Source of the DNA: the human T2T-CHM13v2.0 reference genome, Homo sapiens
Strand: one strand, 5' to 3'
NCBI RefSeq assembly: GCF_009914755.1
Contig: NC_060927.1
DNA length: 64,000 nucleotides
Within the stretch, counting starts at the first letter, position 1. The number at the start of each line of letters is the position of its first letter. Of this stretch, positions 56,972 to 64,000 are shown one piece after another. A program made the position numbers and the translations under genes. The notes under the pieces are model-generated. The model did not search any database, was not told the origin of the DNA, and saw only the letters and a program-made list of their open reading frames with translations.

Positions 56972-59900
56972 GCACTGTAGTGCTTCAGCTGTCCACTTTA
57001 GGGTGGTGCCTGCAAATCATGCAGAACCATCTATAAACCTGGTCCTAGTCTTCTCTTCTTCTGTCATCTGATCACAGGGAATTCCTCATGAGGCCATTGG
57101 TGTAGGCTGGAGGAGAGAAGGCAGGGTGGCAGGAATGGAGACCATGGGCATTTGAGTCCCTCATGTAACTTACTTGTGCCTTCAAGACTTGCTTGAGCCC
57201 AACCACGTATATATCACTTCCATTTGATGATGATATCAGTCTACAAACACACCATTTTATGGTCAGAAGGGTCAGAAAGCACCCCAGCTCATGATAGTTC
57301 AAGTCACATGGTGACTTAATGACCTATAGTCAAAAACATTCAGTTTCCATTGAAGCCCAGTAACAGACCAAGAGCTGTCTCTCAAAAGAAGAGCAGTTAT
57401 CTGCAGAAGATTCCAGGGCTTCGATCCAAAATCCTAGAGTCCTCCATGGTCCTTTACCTATGGGGGCCTGCCAAAGGCTCCAAAGAGTATTGCTATATGC
57501 CATTGACACCTCAAGCACCATTGAATCATCTGCTGGGTCATGGGGCCCAAGCGGCAGAGCGTTCTCCTGTTCTGGACCCTATTCAAAACTGGCAGCCTTT
57601 CAAGTTCCTTGAAAAATGGGTGAGAGTAACACACCCAAATGAGAAATGTGTTGCCTCCAAAGTCCAAATAGACCCAGTAGGCATTGTTCCTCTTTCTTGG
57701 GTGTAGGAGGGGGCAAATGCAGCAACTTATCCTTCACCTGTGATACGGTGTGGCTGTGTCCCCACCAAAGTCTTATCTTGAATTGTAACTCCAATGATTC
57801 CCACATGCCATGGGAAGAACCCTGTGAGAAGTGATTGAATTATGGAGGTGGGTCTTTCCTGTGCAGTTCTTGTGATAATGAATGAGTCTCATGAGATCTG
57901 GTGATTTTAAAAATGGGAGTTTCCATGCACAAGCTCTCTTTTCTCTTTGCCTGCCACCATCCATGGAAGATGTGACTTGCTCCTCCTCACCCTTCACCTT
58001 CCACCATGATTGTGAGGCCTCCCCACCTATGTGGAACTGTTAGTCCAATAAACCTCTTTCTTTTGTAAATTGCCCAGTCTCAGGTATGTCTTTATCAGCA
58101 GCATGAAAATGGACTAGTACAGTAAATTGGTACCAGTAGAGTTGGGTGCTGCCTAAATGATACCCATAATGTGGTAATGACTTTAGTACTGGGTAACAGG
58201 CAGAGGTTGGAACAGTTTGGGGGCTCGGAAGAAGACAGGAAAATGTGGGAAAGTTTGGAACTCACTGGAGACTTGTTGAATGTTTTTGACCAAAATGCTG
58301 ATAACAATATGGACAATGAAATCCAGACTGAGATGGTCTCAGAGAGGAGGATTTCTTGAGAATTGGAGCAAAGGTGACTCTTCTTATGTTTCAGCAAAGG
58401 TACTGGTAGCATTTTGCCCCTGCCCTGGCGATTTGTGGAACTTTGAACTTGAGAGAGACGACTTAGGGTATCTGGCCGAAGAAATTTCTAAGATGCCAGG
58501 AATTCAAGAGGTGACCAGGGTACTGTTAAAGGCATTCAGTTTTAAAAGGGAAACAGTATAAACCTTTGGAAAATTTGCAGCCTGACAATGCTATAGAAAA
58601 AAAACCTGTTTTTTTTTTTTTGGAAGAGAAATTCAAGCCTGCTGCAGAAATTTGCATAAGTAACTAGGAGCCAAATGTTAATCACAAAAACAATGCAGAA
58701 AATGTCTCTAGGGCATGTCAGAGACCTTTGTGGCAGTCTCTCCTATCAGAGGTCTGGAGGTTTAGGAGAAAAAATGATTTTGTGGACTGGGCCCAATGTC
58801 CCTCTGCTGTGTGCAGTCTAAGAACTTGGTGTCCTATGGCCCAGCTGCTCCAGCTGTGACTAAAAGGGACAAAGGTACAGCTTGAGCTGTCACTTCAGAG
58901 GGTGGAAGCCCCAAGCCTAGGCAGCTTCCACATGGTGTTGAGCCTGAGGGTGCACAGGAGTCAAGAATTGGGGTTTGGGAACCTCCACCTAGATTTCAGA
59001 GGATGTATGGAAATGCCTGGATGTCCAGGCAGAAGTTTGCTTCTAATATGTCTAATGAGTCTAATGAATGTATCTAATGAGATCTGATGGTTTTAAAATG
59101 GGAGTTTCCCTGCACAAGCTCCCTTTTCTCTCTTTGCCTGCCACCATCCATGTAAGATGTGACATGCTCCTCCTTGCCTTTCACCTTCTGCCATGATTGT
59201 GAAGCCTCCCCAGCCATGTGGAATTGTAAATCCAATAAAACTCTTCCTTTTGTAAATTGCCCCATCTTGTGTATGTCTTTATGAACAGAATGAAAATGGA
59301 CTAATACACCTTAGAAGTAACGTTGTGACAGGCCCCAAATCACTGGACCCCTAGAAGTTCTACTGAGGTAGAAGGTCCCTGAATTTAGTTATGTTTATTT
59401 ACCATTCCATGGCATGCAAATGTCTCACCAATAAGTCCAGTGTGTTTGCTACTTCTCACTCACTAAATCAAATCAACATAATGTTACCAGTGTAATGGAC
59501 CAGCATGATAACCTGTGGAAGGGAAAGTGATCAAGATCTCTGTGAACAAGATTGTGACACAAAGCTGAAGAATTGATATACTCCTGAGGTAGGACCGTGA
59601 AGGTATATTGCTGGCCTTGCCAGCTGAAGGCAGGTCACTTCTGATGGGCCTTAGTAAGAGGAATGGAGAAAAAGGCATTTGCCAAATCAAGACTGCATAC
59701 CAGGAACCAGGAGATGTGTTAATTTGTTAAGGAATAAAACCATATCTTGTGTAGCAGCTGTAATGATTGTAACCACTTGGTTAAGTTTACAATAATTCAC
59801 TGTCATTCTCCAAGATCCATCTGTCTTCTGCACAAGATAAATAGGAGAGTTTAATGGTTATGTGGTGGGAATCACCACCCCTGCATCTTTCAAGTCCTCA

Positions 59901-62032
59901 ATGGTGGCACTAATCTCTTTAATCCCTCCAAGGATGCAATATTGTTTTTGACTTACTATTTTTTAGGTAAAAAAAGCTCTAATGGCTTCCATTTGGCCTG
60001 TCTCACCATAATAGCCTTCACTCTACTAGTCAGGGAGCCAATGTAGGGATCTGCCAGCTACTAAGTATGTCTAAGCCAAATTATGCATCTGGCACTAGAG
60101 AAATGTCCACAGGATGAGTCTGTGGACCCACCTGACCCACTGTAAGTTAAAGCTGAGCTGAAACTCCATCAATTATCTGACCTCTATAAGCCCCTACTTT
60201 AACTGGAGGACCACAAAGATGTTTTGGGCTCCCTGGAATCAGCATCAGCTCAGAGCCAGTGTCCAGTAGTCCCTGAAAGGTCTGATCATTCTCCTTCCCC
60301 CAATGCACAGTTACCCTGGAAAAAGGCTGGAGGTCTCTTGTTGAAAGGATAGGAGAAAGATTAACAGCATAAATTGTGAGTAGTGTAGTGGAGTCCTTAG
60401 CCTATCAATTTCACTTCCAGGAACACCATGACTAATTAACAAATCCCAGGACTCTACACAGGTCAGACTATTATGATTTCTGCTTTGCTTATGCTGTCCA
60501 TTACAGGAGTTATGCCCACCTTGCCTTTGATGGTTGAGTGCTGCCACTTGACCCTGCCACCTCAGGAACCAATTATTCATATTGCATTTAAATTTACTAA
60601 TTGAGTGACTATGGTTCCCACTGTAAGAGCTAACATACAAAGAAGAGGAATCACACAGCTATTCAAGAATGCAGGGGCTCCCCTCACAAATCTATTTTAC
60701 AAACTATTGGTGAAGGGGATGTCCTCTGGAGCCTTGCAGCTGCGATGAGTAGGTCTAATGTGACTAATCTACTTTAGCATTCCAATCTCCCTAAGGCTTT
60801 GGCTCCCTTCCTCTATATTAAACCAAGGGAGATTAGACATTTCCAGCTCTCTCACAGTGGGCCATCTTTTGATCCATATTTCAGCTAACCAAGTAAATAA
60901 GCTATTGGAACCTTTTTTAATTCCCCAAACTGCAACATTAAATGCAGAATCCCCACTTAGTTGCCTCATATCAATAAATTCAGCTTGATTTAAATTTATG
61001 TTCCTTCAACCATTATCCCATAATTTTAATATCCATTCCCATGCCTGTTCTCCAGGCTTCTGCTTATATAAATTAGAAAACTCAAGCAGTACTTTTGGAG
61101 TGTAGCACAGTTCCTCATGGATCACACTCTGAATCTCACTTCTAGGGGCCTGCCAGGACTTAAGTCTAGTTATAGGTCTAGAAGCCAACAGGGGTGTTGG
61201 GGGTAGGTCCTAAAGAGAATCAGCATTGTCTTGCCGGGAAACTGCCTCAGGGGAGGCCATCACTGTTGCCTTAGGCAGCACAGGGTTTTTCACCTCAGAC
61301 AAAGGCAGAAAGGCTGATGGCAGCATGGGTGAGGAAGGGAACATTGCCACCACTGGCAGTGGAGAGGCTGTTTCCTCTGGCAAATAAGGCTCATCAGACT
61401 TTACAAGCTCAGTGCTCCCAGCTTCATCAGGGCTCCCCCACACATCGCCAGTACAAGTTGCAGAGTCCCATTTTTTTCCTATCAATGCCGTCACTTTAAC
61501 AGAATATACCTGGCAAGAATGAGTGTGCACCTTTCCTAGCAGGTCAACCCCTGGCATGATAAGAGCTTGTGTCTGATTTCCACAATTTCAGCCCTTTGTC
61601 TGCAGAAGCTAAGTTATATTTGCCTCTCACTCGAGGCAATCTTAGAAGACTTGAGGCTGTGTTTGTGCCTCTGGAGCCAGGAATTACAATCCTTAAGCTC
61701 ATCCTTTTATTTCATTACTTTGTCTAGTGAACTTAGGAGCAACCAACCGAATTCATTATATTCTTTGGTTCTCCACATATGGTCAAAGGTATTATACATA
61801 GAGTCATTAAACTCCTTGCCACTCATGAGTGGTGAATCAGGAGTACTGAATGCATTTATTTTGCGTAACTGTCTACACCGCCAAGGACTATGAGTGTTCT
61901 ACATGCTATTAAAAGTAGAGTCCTTAGCATTTTTGGGTCTAATTATATTAAGCTGCCAACTCCAAAACCCAAAACTAACGAAATTTATCCTTAAAATTCT
62001 GTTCCTCTAGAACCACTCCCAGTACCAAAATC
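56972..62032 (-). mobile_element. HERV-L/ERVL internal region: degraded gag-pro-RT-partial RNase H; integrase/dUTPase deleted
   Basis: Minus-strand motifs: gag QAWEWILKLWDNG, protease GLLDTGSEL (~60245-60272), [11 protein letters not shown] (YIDD decayed, ~59478-59504), RNase H WFIDGSA (~57020-57040); many stops. Confidence 0.92.
57741..59308 (+). mobile_element. THE1A/B-like provirus inserted in ERVL pol, with internal deletion
   Basis: 5' LTR 57741-58121, GTAAATTGGTACC leader, internal to 59040, partial 3' LTR ~59062-59308 ending GGACTAATACA; ERVL sequence continues on both sides. Confidence 0.93.
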
Positions 62033-62584
62033 TGTACTATTCAGGCTTCTCAAAAGGGACCGAACTAATAGAATAGATGTATATATATGAAGGGTAGTAT
62101 ATTAAGGAGCATTGACTCACACAGTCACAAGAAGAATTTCCACAGTAGGCCATCTGCAAGCTGAGGAGTAAGGAAACCAGTCCGAGTTCCAAAATTTCAA
62201 AAGTAGAAAAGCTGACAGAGCAGGATTCAGTCTGTGGCCAAAGGCCCCAGAGCCCCTTGCCAACCACTAGTGTAAGTCCAACAGCCTAAAAGCTAAGAAC
62301 TTGGGGTCTGATGTTTGAGGGAAGAAAGCATTCAGCACAAAAGAAAGATGGCCAGAAGACTCAGCAAGTCTGCTCATTCTACTTTCTTCCACCTGCTTTA
62401 TTCTAGCTATGCTGGCAGCTGATTCTCTAGATGGTGCCCACCCAGATTCAGGGTGGGTCTGCCTCTCCCAGTCCATTGTTGACTTAAACATTAATCTCCT
62501 TTGGCAACTCCCTCTCAGACACACCCAGGAACAATAATTTGCATCCTTCAATCCAATCAATTTAACACTCAATATTAACCATCA
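62033..62584 (-). mobile_element. MLT2A2-like 5' LTR of ERVL provirus
   Basis: Adjacent to leader GATTTTGGTAC (minus); ends TCAATCCAATCAATTTAACACTCAATATTAACCATCA. Confidence 0.93.
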
Positions 62585-63715
62585 GTGTGAAAGATCTCTA
62601 TAATGAAAACTATAAAATGCTGATGAAATAAATTGAAGAAGACACCAGAAAATGGAAACGCATTTTATGCACATGGATTGGAAGAACCAATATTGTTAAA
62701 ATGCCCATACAACGCAAAGCAATCTATAGATCTAATGTAATCCCTATCTAAGTACAAATGGCATTCTTTACAGAAATAGGAAAAAAAAAACTAATTTATA
62801 TGCAACCACAAAAGACCCAGAACAGGCAAAGCTATCCTAAGTAAAAGAACAAAACTGGAAGAATCACATTCTCTGACTTCAAATTATACTACAGAGCTAT
62901 AGTAACCAAAACAGCATGGTACTGGCATAAAAACAAAAACATAGGCTAATAGAACAGAACAGAGAACCCAGAAATGAATCCACAAACCTATAGTGGACTC
63001 ACTTTTGATACTTCTTCCCTACTGTAGAGAAAAGACAGTCTCTTCAATAAATAGTGATGGGAAAACTTTATATCCATATGCAGAAGAATGAAACTAGACA
63101 CCTATCTCTCACCATATACAATAATCAAATCAAAATATATTGAAGAATTAAATCTAGGACCTCAAAATGTGAAACTACTACAAGAAAACTTTGGGGAAAA
63201 TCTCCAGGACATTGGCCTGGGCAAAAATTATTTGAGTAATACCACACAAAGCACAGGCAACAAAAGCAAAAATGGGCAAATGGGATCACATCAAGTTAAA
63301 AAGCTTCTGCACAGCCAGGGAAACAATGAACAAAGTGCAGAGCCACAGAATGGGAGAAAATATTTACAAACTAGTTATCTGACAAAGATTGATAATGAGA
63401 ATGTATAAGGAGCTCAAACAACTCTAAAGGAAAAAATCTGATAAACGGATTTTAAAAATGGACAAAATATTTAAATAGACATTTCTCAAAATAGACATAA
63501 AAACACTAAACGAGCATTTTAGAAGGTGCTCAACTTCACTGATAATCAAAGAAATGCAACTCAAAACCACAATGAGATATCTTACACCAATTAAAATGGT
63601 TTATATTCAATGATAGGCAATAACAAAGGCTGGTGAGGATGTAGAGAAAAGGGCATACTGGTACGTTGTTGGTGAAAATGTAAATTAATATACTCACTAT
63701 GGAGAACAGTCATTA

Positions 63716-64000
<285 letters not shown>

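Larger units (their letters stand above)
50392..63710 (+). mobile_element. Near-full-length old L1 (L1M1 5' end; L1MA1-3-like), interrupted and 3'-truncated
   Basis: 5' end AAGATGGCAGAATAGAAGGCTCC; ~1.9-kb 5'UTR; ORF1 remnant from ~52282 (RIDKAEERISELED); ORF2 from 54140 (IDIYRTFHP...FSRIDH); resumes at 62585 (MKLDTYLSPYT). Confidence 0.92.

Noticed and set aside
56972-62032. ERVL gag/pol as intact or domesticated gene
   Set aside because: Fragmented by stops and frameshifts, RT catalytic motif decayed to YTGN, THE1 insertion and integrase deletion.

Overview
AT-rich, repeat-dense primate genomic DNA, most likely human because an AluYb8/9-type fragment lies at 63716-63869. I see no intact protein-coding gene, RNA gene or CRISPR array. 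The ORF track is explained by repeats or chance, except 3042-3227, which is part of a processed SSB (La autoantigen) pseudogene at about 2799-3810 with a large internal deletion. The rest is a fossil record of Alu, L1, L2, MIR, ERV1/ERVL/MaLR LTR elements and DNA transposons. It includes a near-full-length old L1 (50392-63710) that hosts an ERVL provirus, which in turn hosts a THE1 provirus. I found no evidence of a new gene-encoded system. The most notable signals are (i) several locally templated insertions and patchwork deletion junctions resembling double-strand-break repair scars (about 11.6, 18.9, 26.2, 37.7-38.2, 39.0 and 59.0 kb) and (ii) an abrupt old-L1/AluYb8/young-L1 junction at 63710-63870 that must be evolutionarily recent. 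Repeat subfamily names come from remembered consensus sequences and boundaries are by eye; both need RepeatMasker/Dfam confirmation.
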